DNA of 63,952 bases, the filler included, from Collodictyon triciliatum (lineage: Eukaryota), in NCBI GenBank assembly GCA_043381765.1. It is 5 parts of 5 records of this genome, joined end to end, with 100 filler letters (N's around TTAATTAATTAA, not from the genome) between each part and the next. Parts side by side here need not be neighbours in the genome. Positions count along the whole stretch, not along the records: positions 13,953 to 27,803 come from JBHJMP010001906.1; 4 more parts are not named here. The stretch is one strand, 5' to 3'. The number at the start of each line of letters is the position of its first letter. Positions within the stretch are counted from its first letter, which is position 1. The notes under the pieces are model-generated. The model had not been told where the DNA came from, searched no databases, and saw only the letters and a program-made list of their open reading frames with translations. The position numbers were made by a program, and so were the translations under genes. Shown piece by piece: positions 13,953 through 26,137 of the stretch.

Positions 13953-14848
13953 GACGATTACAACTTTCTTGTGCCCTACAATCATTCCTTCGGTGTGCCA
14001 ATAAATAAGGGAGGCGCTGGTATTGCTGGCGAGCTCACTATGGGCACTGTTGGGTTAGTATATGAGCTATCTTTGTATATGTATCACTTGAGTATTTCGG
14101 GCTTGCAGTCAGGAATGTAGGTTAAAAGCAACGGTGAAACTCCATACGGCTCTTTGACAGCCACAAAAAAAAACCTCCATCTGGTGACTGAGATAACCAT
14201 ACAAGGCAAAAGCGAGGTACTGCGACGCACTTTGGGAGTGAGCTTAGAACTGAACCTACTGCGAGGGAATATTGATGGATTTGTGATAGATATTGTAACT
14301 CATAAAGGTAAGGGAAGCACCTAATTGAATCACAGTTAGTGTGATCACATTAACTATCTATTAGTGTCACAATGTAATATTTTATGCGTATTAGACTTAT
14401 TTCAAATATTTTGGATACCAAAGTAGCATAAAATATATTTTCCATACTTGTAATATAACGTTACACATATATGCACAATTTCATTGAAGTAAAGTCTTTG
14501 AAGACAGGCAGCGAAACCAACATCCAACCAAATCCAAGCACGACAGCAAGAACCCAACCAAACACAGCTCAAGTCTTGAAGACCGAAGGCTGCTCGGGTA
14601 AGAAGCAGAGAGTGTTAATAGTTGCGGATGCTGGAAGCCCAAACCGAAGGGATTATGTATCGTAGAACTCTTCATGTCCTTCTTTCCTTTCTACTCGCGC
14701 CATGGCACTGTTGTTCATGTGCAACCGTATGCAGACACCTCTTCTTGCTGGAGATAGCATCGAATAAAACCAAGCTTTGTATTCGAAAGCAAAGTTCTGT
14801 ATCTTACTGAACATTAATACCTCATAGAATAGCACATCAGCACATTAA

Positions 14849-17726
14849 ATGGAGGAAAGCAGTGCCCAAGAGCCGGTCGATCTGAACGAAAGCCTTGTGG
14901 GGATTGAAGACTCTTGCGATGACCTACTCTCCCACTTCTCAGACGCTCTTTCGATGGAGCGAGAGTGTGTGGAGAATCTGCCCCGGGGTCAAATGTTTGT
15001 CGATAGGTGTGTCTTTCACTTTGATATTTCTGATAGCCCAGCCCAGGTTTTTGCCATTCCTTAGCCCGACAGATACTCCCCTAGCCCTATAAGAGCCAGC
15101 CAAAATATTTATGGGTCCCATCTTTTCCAAGATATTATCAGAACTCACAGGCCTCCTTGTCCTTGTCTATTTCAATCATCTCGCCGCAATCTTGAGTATC
15201 GATCCATAATTTTTTTTAAATATTTCGATACTTCTTAGTTCATTCCCACCGGAAGAAAAGAGTTTTTGGAAATACATGACAAAGCCCGAAGGTTGCCTTA
15301 TATATAACACATATTTTTCTGTCAGTGTATAGGAAATGATAATATATACACGTTGGGGGGTTTCTCCCAAGAAAGAGATGACATGATATAATAAGAAGAT
15401 AGTAACATGGCTTAAACATATCAGATTGCCCCGAGGCGTCATCATGGAAAAGACCCCTGGAACTTAATGAAAATCCTTGCATTATCCCCGCAGGAATGTC
15501 AAGCGATGTGAATTCAGGCAATACTTTTCTCCAAAGAGCCCTATCTCTTACTTTTGTTTCTCGATCATTAAGCAGCACATTACGATTGATAGTTCCTGTA
15601 TCATTGACCGAACCCCATGACCATATTATAAAAATCAAATTTGCTAACAGAGCTACTATCAACATTATTAACATATTCATAAGTTTTATGTACTTTTATA
15701 TCACCGAAACACTTGTCGAGTATATTCATTCGGATTGTTCTTCTCATATATTTTTCATGGTTTTCCTTTTAGGTATGTTTGACGATGCTTGGTTCCTTGG
15801 AGCTTTAGCGGGTGAGAGATCATTTCTGTTTATTCTGCTTATTGTCTGTCATAATACCGTCCCATTTTGGCACATATTTCCTATACCATTCCTATCTATC
15901 TTTGAATCGAACAAATGCGAAAAAACAAACAAACATAACTTCTCTCAATAATATCAGCCGTGGCAACTTGTGAAGGACTTCTGAAGTATCTTTTTGTGTC
16001 ATTCTCAAATGTCGACACAACTGGGATGTATGTTACGATGCCTTTCATACCTGAATTGAGCGCTTAGCTCTTGTCCTTCCATATATCTTTCAACAATTAT
16101 TGTTATATAGAAGGAAATGGAATATTGACACATATATGCACTTACCTTTGCTTTACCCCCCTCCAGATACAGTGTAAGGTTGTTCAAGCATGGTGATTGG
16201 CGTGAAGTTGTCTGTGATACTCTAATTCCATGCGGCGTGGACGAAAAACCCTTGTTGGCGACGTGTAAGAATGGTATGGATGACATGGGTCATGCCAAAT
16301 TAATCAGATAGACTATTTGATGTGTTTATAACTTTTCGAGGGTTCATATGACTCTCAATTTAGAAAATGAAATGTGGGCACCTTTGGTGCAAAAGGCATA
16401 CGCCAAATTACATGGAAGCTTTGATTCACTCCACCAAGGGAGCATCGCTAATGCACTAGTATGCCCTACCCTGCTATACAAATGATTTCAAGCCAATATT
16501 TTTTCAGTTTATATTACAAATAGCCCTACGGTGTGAAAAATAAATATACATATATCTTTCGAGCCTTTTGTGCCTTTCCACTTGGATGATTCAAATCCTA
16601 TTGTTGATATAATAATACATTCCATAGGTTGAGCTGACCGGAGGGGCTGTTGATATACAGTATATACTGAATCATCCTCATAATCGACATATTTAAATAT
16701 TTGACAACTTAACGATTCATATGGTCGATCAGCACATTTACAACACAAAATAGTTCAATCCTGCATTATTAATTGTTTTGATGCCAACTTCTCTAAGCGA
16801 TTTATCTACTGAGAAGACCCAAGCAGAGATAAACAGCGGAATACTTTGGGATCGACTGATGAGATACAAGTCTTGGTGGTATGAATATTGAACACAATAA
16901 CCCCAACACCACGGATTACGCAAATCAAATGAAATAATACCGTTGCTCGTGTGCACTCTGTAGTATTCACGTAAATATATCAGATACTAAATACGTATAT
17001 CCTTTCCAGCTATTTAATGGTCGCAGTGTTTGAAACTCCTATGGATGATGATGAATGCGATGGAGGAATTACACCTGTAAAGGATGAATACGCATTCAAT
17101 TGTGTGTTTTGTTTTTCTCTCCTCTTCTGCATGTGTCTCCAATATCCTTCTGAATATATTTTTCTCACAGAATATTGCATACACTATTTTGGACGTTCGC
17201 GATGAGATGGGACATAAGCTCATTCGCTTGCGCAATCAGTAATATCTAAACGAGGACTAACATGAGACATATGCCCTATTCAAATCACTGGTTTCTTGTG
17301 TATATGTCTTTTGCTAAAAATGAAATAATTGAAGTTGGGGCGAGCGTGAATGGAATGGAGCATGGGCTGACTATGCAGAAGAATGGGAAAAGCCAAATAG
17401 CATTGGACTATTGGAGAAGCTGGACTACAACTTCAATGCTGATGGGACATTCTGGATACATTTTAACGATTTCGTTGTGAACTTCAGTAAAGTAAGCCAT
17501 TCACCTACCAAAATGGCATAATGATACTGTTCATTTGTATGCAAAATGCATTTTGTACGTGTGAATAACTGTAAAAATTTGATTCAATAGCTTTATGTAT
17601 GTCGGTTATTCCCTGCTGGATGGGAACAAATAACAGTTAAAGTAACTTTCCTTCATGATATGACAAACCTTAAGTGTTTCTTAACCTATGTGGCACCACA
17701 CAGATGTGATTGAGTCGAACTATCAT

Positions 17727-17807
<81 letters not shown>

Positions 17808-20263
17808 TATGTGTGTTGGTTCTTTTCTTGACTTTATCTCACCCAAAATTTGCCAGAGTGAGTGGAGGCCAACCTCAAGTGGCGGCCAACCGAAGTACCC
17901 GACTTGGTGCACAAACCCCCAGTACCGCATCCTGACACCCTCTCGACCAGTCCAGATTGCTGTCTCGTTGATACAGAGAGACCCAAAGATTAAACCCTTC
18001 CCGACCTATCCTATCGGATTCCAGATACTGAAAGCCAAGAAAGGTTGCTCTCTTTTATATGAATCAACTGAGATCGATGCACAAGTATTGTACTATGCGA
18101 TTATGGCATCTAAATTGCATAACTGCCTTTCTCTCTTTACTGGAAATCATGTTCAAATGTTTCTTTATCATTTAGACGTCAAAGTTCGTAAGTGGACCTG
18201 GAGACAAGATGACGTGATTGGGGACTCTGGTGTTCATGAGAGACTTGAAGGTGAGCTGAATGCTAATAAGTTATCAATAGTTTCACTCTAATCACTACAT
18301 TGATTTATTTAATTTTTGAAAGTTATTTTTATATCTGGCTAAATACAAGAATATCTTTTGCGTTGTTCACTTAATTGTATGGACAATTGCCTCAGTGACT
18401 TCCCATGCTAAGTTGGAGGCCAGATCCGCATACATCATTATTCCTTACACAGAAGAGGTGGAACAGCTGAGTCAATTTTGCTTAAGAATTTTTAGCAATC
18501 GCACTCTCGAAATTGATGCATTTAAGCCCACCAAAGTGGTTTCTATCGGGGTAACTCATCATTGTGTTGAATGCCTGTTTTTCTTTTGTTTTTGTGAGCT
18601 TTTTTGTCTAATTGTTTCAATCACACAAGTTTGGTACTATATAAATCTAAGTTATGATAATAAGCTAAACCAACGAGCGACTACAATAGCACACGCTTAT
18701 TCTTTTTTTCTTTCTCTCTCTCTCTCTTTTTTTTTTTATTTTTATTTTTTATTCTTTCCTATTTGTTTGATCACTAGGGTGCCTGGTCTCGTAATTCATC
18801 GGGCGGTAAACGAGTCGGTTCTAAACCTGCATCAGGATATGCCTGGTGCCAAAATCCGCAATACTATGTAAAAGTGGAGAAGCGTGCTAACTGCCGCATA
18901 GTCGTTCGCCGAACGGATATATCAGAAGATGACACTGATACACAGCACCCTGCCGTAGGATTCACTTTGATGAAAGCCGAAGGTAACTTTTAGCACGCCA
19001 CATAATCTATCCACAGTCACACAAAAGAATAAGGTGCATATCAGATCGGCATTAAGCACAATCACTGAACATCAATAATTAGGAAATGGGGCTCAAAGAA
19101 GATTGACAGTGACAGATATAGACGTTGTCAAAGAGTCATCTTTCACGTCATCATTTATGGGTATGTGATATGTTGTCTTTGCTTATATGCCGCAAATTTT
19201 ATCAAAGTTAACAGAAAATCCTATAATCCCCGTGTTGAAGAAATTCTGAACAGTCAACTTCTCGGTCCTTTCCTAACATGGTTTCCTCCTTTCTCTCCCA
19301 CAGAAACAGGCTTTATCTCATTGAGCCCTGAAAGACCTTATCTTATTGTCCCAGCCCTCTCTGAACCTGGAGTGGAGGGAACTTTCCTCATACATATGTA
19401 TTCGGATAGCGACCTGGTTTTGCAACCTATCTCAGACGGAAAGAGCGTTGTTTTGGCGGTGGGCTCACTGCGGCTTCATTTTCCCTCACTTCATATATTC
19501 ATATTTGAATTCGGCTCCCTCTGAGTCATCTCATAATATGAATGAATAGAAAAGAAAAAGTAATAAAACTCATCATGACAGGGGGAATGGACAAACACAA
19601 CAGCTGGTGGTTGTCACTTACACGAGACATGGGTGAACAATTCATTCTTCCTCGTCACAGTGACAGATGAAACACCCATGAAAATCAGATTGAGCCGCCC
19701 AGCCGGACCATGGAAACGCGCCATGTCGACCGACGTGGTGGGGACTGGAATCATGATTTACGTGCTTCGTGGAAAGGGTATGTTGTTTATACACTCATAT
19801 ATAGACCCAAAGTTTTTTCTCTATGAACCACTTATGCAATGAAATTAAAAATATTATAAACAACACAACCTGGCCTATGGCCTTTTTTTTTAAAAAAAAA
19901 ATATATAAATCTAATAAAACACATCACGCAGACCCATCCAAAAAACATGAAGCATTCCGCAAGAAGGATATCATTTTGGAAACACCATTTTTACCCATGA
20001 ATGAAGGTATACACCACACATGCGAGATGAGCATATAGCAGGCTTTTCATGATATGAAATAATGCTAACCCAACTCACCTTTTTTTTTTATGTACATCGC
20101 AGTATCCTGTGATATTACCCTATCCCCTTCCCAATATCCATACGTTATTGTGCCAACAACTTACGCACCAAAGAAAATGGGAGTTTATGCCCTTGCGCTG
20201 TCATCAGATGTAGAGTTTTCTGTGGAAGCAGTTCAACCTATTCATTTTATGGAGTTTTCGTGA
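14849..20263 (+). CDS. Calpain-like protein: predicted inactive CysPc domain plus three calpain domain-III (C2-like) repeats
   Basis: Spliced: MFVDSSFPP...SWKRPLEL...SDVNSGMFDDAWFLGALA...YSVRLFKHGDWREVVCD...ENEMWAPLVQKAYAKLHGSF...ELTGG...PNIAYTILDVR...LIRLRNHWGEREWNGAWAD...DGTFWIHFNDF. Domain III starts: SEWRPTSSGG..WCTNPQY, GAWSRNSSGG..WCQNPQY, GEWTNTTAGGC..WVNN. Stop TGA at 20261-20263. Confidence 0.88.
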
Positions 20264-20558
20264 TTGTGCATACATCACTCTGTCGGGTACATGTGCCTTG
20301 TATAGGCCTATGCACCACGTTGTTACTACAACCACAACCACATCCAGAACCACAACCACAACCGCAACATAAACACAACACTGAGAATAACAAAAGAATG
20401 AGTATCTGTCAGACTTATAAAAACCGTCGTTTAAAGAACATGTCGAAATATAAGTTGCGGTTAATGGCCAATGTTTTTGAGGTAGAGAGAAGACATTTCG
20501 TTATAAGGGGAATATATTTGAGTGCACGGTTCGAACAGAGATAATATCAAGTAAAAAT

Positions 20559-20633
<75 letters not shown>

Positions 20634-20719
20634 CATCTGGAGTAAACAAACCAACCAAAAAAATATCAAAAATAAAAACATATCAACGATAAATTAAAAT
20701 GACAAGTGCAAACCATCTA

Positions 20720-21444
20720 AAGCTATGCCATCTGGATAACCACCAAAGAAATATGGTCATGACGTCAAGAATAGGGTTGGAGAAAGGTTATGGGGCATTA
20801 TATCACATATATAATGCGTAGATGATAATACCACAGGTAAATTGTTTTTTTTTTGATAGGCTCGTCCGTTCAGACAATAAAATGAATTATCTCAGGAGAA
20901 TCCAGAAGGTAATCATGAACATTTCTTAGAACATCCTTAACCAGTGTGATTGCGGAAGGCGCTACAGAATTTGTACTGAATGATAGACCAAAGAGCAGCC
21001 TTCCCAAGTCCTTCACTGATTTTGATATCTACGATAAAACATTTGGTCTAAGTGTCGATGCCATTAAACAGAAATGAACTAGAGCTCCACGATATTAATT
21101 GTATAACCGGAGATTTTATATCAGAGCCAGCACGAAAAATAATTCTTTGTGTTCTCTAAACAGGATTGATGTACTTGTTGGTGGGATGCCTAGGACTTAA
21201 GCTCAAAGAAACATTAACATATGTGGAAAATATTTATTATTCTGTTGATTTATCCGACCAAACTGTGGCAGTTAAATTTTTGCAAAAAAACAACTTAATT
21301 GTCCCATCATACTCTCGGATTCATGAGGGACCAGGCCTCACAAGCGGTTATAGGATAATCGACGCGTTTAAGCGAAATAATTACAAGGCCGTCAATATGT
21401 TATCGCCTACAGGGAGGATGTTAATCGGTTACAGTGAGTATTAG
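20720..21444 (+). pseudogene. Decayed intronless coding-like segment of unknown origin
   Basis: Successive protein-like stretches (VIAEGATEFVLNDRPKSSLPKSFTDFDIYDKTFG; LNRNELELHDINCITGDFISEPARKIILCVL*TGLMYLLVG...IGYSEY*) broken by stops and frameshifts. No family recognised. Confidence 0.3.
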
Positions 21445-21744
21445 TATCGCCAGATAGACGAGTGGACTGACCACGAACAGACGAAAAACAATTGAAGCAC
21501 ACAACCGATTTATTTTGTGAACAATATTTTGTTTGGAATTTGACAAATACAAATCATCGTGTGCATACTCATATAAATAAACCCTTACTATTCAAATAAA
21601 GGACAAGAATGAAATCCCTTGCTATAAAACTCGACACGACTGAGCTTATCTATTAAGAGAGAAAGTATCTGCTTTTTTTTTTTTACGCATAGAAGGAAGG
21701 CAGCCACATAACCTCATAGAACATCACTTAAAGCTGCTAACTGT

Positions 21745-23740
21745 ATGAGTTTGCATTCTGATATCCACGGTTTCGGAAAATTCTCCATCCATGAAAGGCG
21801 TAGCATACTACAAGAGCGCGGATTTCTGAATCCAGATAGCATGTATTCTAAGCTTGGTTTTGGATATTTCGGTCATGTTCACCTGATAAAAATCATTATT
21901 TTTTAATTTCAATAAAATATTTGCTTTTTTTTAGGAGATATTGACCAGTTCTTGTCTTTCTAAATCCATTAATATGTCAATAATGAATATAATTCGACCA
22001 ATTAGAAATGGTATTTCCATGGAGCTGGATAATCAACCTGCCGATATTGCAGACGCGATGTCAGAAAATGTGATTGGGCTTCATTGCCTACCATTCTCTT
22101 TGGCCACAAACTTTGTGGTAAATGGTCGAGACGTGCTTGTCCCCATGGTTACTGAGGAGCCCTCCATAGGTAAGATTACAAATATTCAATCTCAAAGAAG
22201 AAAGAGAAAATGTCAAGACTGCGGCCCAGAAAATTTGAATATATATACTATAATTCGGACATTCTTTCTGCGACGCACAAGTGGCTGCTGCTTCGTGTGC
22301 GGCTAAAACAACACGACCATGTGGAGGGTTTCGTTGTTCTGGTTCAAAATCAATTATGATAGGGCAAATACAGGTAATAGTCAGAAAGTCACAAATGTAA
22401 TACACAAGAATTGTATGTTGTGCATCTGATAATTCAAACTATGGGCTCCAAAAGCTCGTCGGGGCCTTCCAAAGAGAGAGTTTAGAAAGACGCTTGCTAG
22501 AAAGAAAAGATTACCTGCTTCAATTGGCAAATTCGGTATGAAATTGATCTTGAACGATGAAGAAATCACGCAAGAATTAGATATTTAGTGAAAAGGTTGA
22601 TGCACGAATTTAATCCCTCCTTTTATATCAAAAAGGCTTCGCCAGGGATGCAATTACGTGGAGGAGGGGCAACTGATATAAAAGTTTGTTATTTTGATCC
22701 AAATGTATGATATTAGGGCGATACCTATAATGAAAATGGGAGTCCTTACCCAAAAAGATATGTATATATAGGTACGATTTGTTGAGACAACAAGAGGAGA
22801 AATGGCAATTGTGCATTTGATGGTGGATGTCTTGGATGCGATGGGTGCAAATGTTGTGAATTCAATGGTAGAAAAAATAAGGTCTGAACTGCCAGTCTTT
22901 CATAAATATTCTTTCCATAAAAAAAAAAAAAACACGAAGGTTTCGTAACAATGTGGCTTTATTTATCAAAAGACTATCAGACCAATATAAATGCATTTAC
23001 TTCGAAATCCCAGCGACTGTGTTTGCCAAACCACTGGGGTCGGATGTCGTCTGCGCATCTTATCAAATTACTGTGACGACAGACTATTCAGCGCGGAGGC
23101 TGAGTGGACACCTGCTGTTCTAGAGTCTATGGTTCACCAGCGATGGAAAGGTTTACAAAAGAAATTTGCTCTTTGATGCCATAATATGTGTTCAATAATG
23201 TAATCATATGACTCAAGTGACCTCTGATTCTACAACCGTAGGGAGTGATATAATTGAACGTATATTAGACGCACACGCTTTTGCAGAGTCAGACCATTAC
23301 AGAGCGTGCACACACAACAAAGTAATCAGAGGCTATGCCATTGAGAAATTGTGCGGTACATAGAAATTATGCAGCGCCCTCGATTTCCTTTATCTGAAAT
23401 TGACCTGCGTGATTACATTATTGATATTTATTTGGCGTATGTGAGATATATCATTTAAAAGAAATATCCCAGGGAATCATGAATGGTATTGATGCGGTGG
23501 CGCTGGCAACAGGAAACGACTTCCGGGCGATAGAATGCGGAGCCCATGTGTTTGCAAGCCGTGATGGAACATACAAGCCACTAACTAAATTCGAAAAATT
23601 GCCTTGTGGGAAGCTTAGGGGAAGTATTGTCTTGCCATTGGCAATAGGAACAATAGGAGGGGTTTGTCATAGGAAACTATTATGGGATAGATTCTCATTC
23701 AAAGCAATCATGATTCCCACTAGTTAATTGATTATTGTTG

Positions 23741-23771
<31 letters not shown>

Positions 23772-24159
23772 CAGGCCACCAGAAGTATGCCATCTGCAAG
23801 GACTGCATTAAAAGTAATGAATATAGAAAAGAGTCAAGACTTGGGTATGGTTCTGGCTGCAGTTGGGCTAGCTCAAAATTTTGCTGCCCTGGTGGCGTTG
23901 GTCACCGTAGGAATTCAAGAAGGACATATGAAGTTGCATTCACACAACATCGCGATACAAGTGGTACTGTTGTTTATCAAATGATGCCTTTACTGATTTT
24001 GCGTATCAATCCAATATAAAGTCCCTTTGATTTATCGTGCAGGCTGCAGAAAGCGAAGGGGCGACAGACAAGGTCAAAATGGAGAAATTGGCACGAAAGT
24101 TGGTTGAAAGCAAGAACTTCTCTCCATCATTTGCAAGAATCCTGCTATCTGAGATGTAG
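21745..24159 (+). CDS. 3-hydroxy-3-methylglutaryl-CoA reductase, class II (bacterial MvaA type), about 11 exons, no membrane domain
   Basis: Spliced motifs: [116 protein letters not shown]...[10 protein letters not shown]. Stop TAG at 24157-24159. Confidence 0.93.
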
Positions 24160-24807
24160 ATGAGAGTTAAAATCTAGTCTCTGGGTCGCAGATTCTCAGA
24201 GCCTTGCCTTTGTTACCTTAATGGACACCCATTAATTAAGGGGGAATAAATAACAAATAAATAAACATCCGGAAATGAAACACAACACAACACATGCAAA
24301 CCCCCTCCCTCCTCCTCCCCCAAAAAAAACACACACAATCGAAAAAGAAAAAGAGTGAGGCGTGCACGATCAAGGCATTGTCTACATTTGAATAATATAT
24401 GACAAGGCCAGTAGAGTTTACCAAGCAATTTTTTTAACTGTGTCTCTGGGTGTTAATACTGGGAAATAAGAAATCGCAGGTTCTTCTTCTTCTTATTATT
24501 TTTTTTTAAAAAAAAGAAAAATGGAACCAGCGTTATAAAAAAAGGAATGGTCTGATTCATGCAAGTTGTATTTATTTGATGTTTTTGTGTCCCACACCGT
24601 AACATAGAAACTAGTCCAATTATTTTTAATTAGGGTGGATAATTTTGTTATTTGGTTGGATGAATGTACAAGAAGGCTATTTTTTGCTCACTCGTCTTTC
24701 AACATTCTGACAGGTGAGACCAATACGCGATAACAATCCAGACAATATACGCAATGCGATGTATGTGAAAATGTCACCTCGATCTGATAACGCCGGAATT
24801 ATGGTTC

Positions 24808-25881
24808 TTAAGCAGAAGCACTCTTCTGAGTGGCCTCGATAGCGTGAACCATCTCCAGGCGCTTAGTGTGGTGGGCCCCAAGAAACTCAGTGGTGATAAA
24901 CATCTCAACAATATCTTTTGCAACCTCTGGGCCAGTTGTACGGCCACCCAAGGCCAAAATATTTGCATTGTTGTGCTATAGGAATATATGGGCGTATAGT
25001 TGACAGAGTTTAACTATTAGTCATATGGTGATATAATTCTTTAATACGTTTGCTACATAGAACTCATACAGCCTGTATATTTATAGCTAGCTATCTAGTC
25101 TCATCACCAACACTGACCATTCTGCACATGCGGGCTGTGTAATGGTCATGGCACAAAGCAGCACGGATACCGTTATACTTGTTCGCAGCAATTGAAATGC
25201 CAATGCCAGTGCCACAGATGACGATGCCAAGTTCTGTTAAACGGTGAAACAGTCAGTTGTTTGAAGGAAGGGAGCTTACAAGTTTGTGCTTTGGAGCATC
25301 TCAGGTGTTATTCTAGTTAACTATTTTTTCAAGATATTGCTGAGTTTGCTCTTATTTAGGTCAATATGATATAAAAAGAAAAAGAAAAGTTTGAATATGC
25401 AGACAGCGCCTACTGTAGATTGTATGGGTGATGGAAGTCAGAGCAGATTTGAAGAATTTAAACACAGATGTGTAGCAGAACAAAGAACTCACCACATTCC
25501 TTGGAGAGAACCTTTTCCACAACTTTGCCAGCGATTTCTGGGTAGTCACACTGGCAAGAGGAGTAATACGAGGTTAGATTGTGCAAGAAAAGAAAAAGGA
25601 GAGAAAAGAGGAAAGAGGAAAGAAGAAAAGAAGAGAAGAAGAAAAGAAGAAAAGAAGAAAAGAAGAAAAGAAGAAAAGAAGAAAAGAGTTCTTACTGAAG
25701 CCTCTGAATGTGTTCCGCAGTCAACAGCCTGGACACCCTTAGAGGCCAGTACCTTAAGAACGTCAGCCTTTAGCCCAAATCCTCCATGATCGCAGCCGAT
25801 GGCGACGGCACGAACAACAAAACCTGAGCTGTTCGACATTGCACTGCTTTCTAAAGTGACCCGCGCTCGCTTTGTGTCCAT
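24808..25881 (-). CDS. rpiB: Ribose-5-phosphate isomerase B (RpiB/LacAB family), 4 exons
   Basis: Spliced: [12 protein letters not shown]...[16 protein letters not shown]...[51 protein letters not shown]...[15 protein letters not shown]. Stop TAA at 24808-24810. Confidence 0.95.
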
Positions 25882-26026
25882 CCCAGAGAAAAAGTGCGAG
25901 GTTGTTGTTAGTAATAATGCTTTGCGAGTTCACCCGAGTCATCATGGAGAGGCCAGAAAGAGGCGTGCGCTAGCATCGGGGACGAAGGGGTTGATTTGTG
26001 TCTTGTGGGGTTGTGGCCGATAGGGC

Positions 26027-26027
<1 letters not shown>

Positions 26028-26074
<47 letters not shown>
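26028..26074. repeat. (GATA)n microsatellite
   Basis: About 11 tandem ATAG units between the U2B''-like gene and rpiB. Confidence 0.9.
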
Positions 26075-26075
<1 letters not shown>

Positions 26076-26137
26076 GTTGGCATTTTAGAGTTTGTTTTTT
26101 CTTCTTTTTATTGGAGCGAGTTTTGGCAGGGCGTGAT

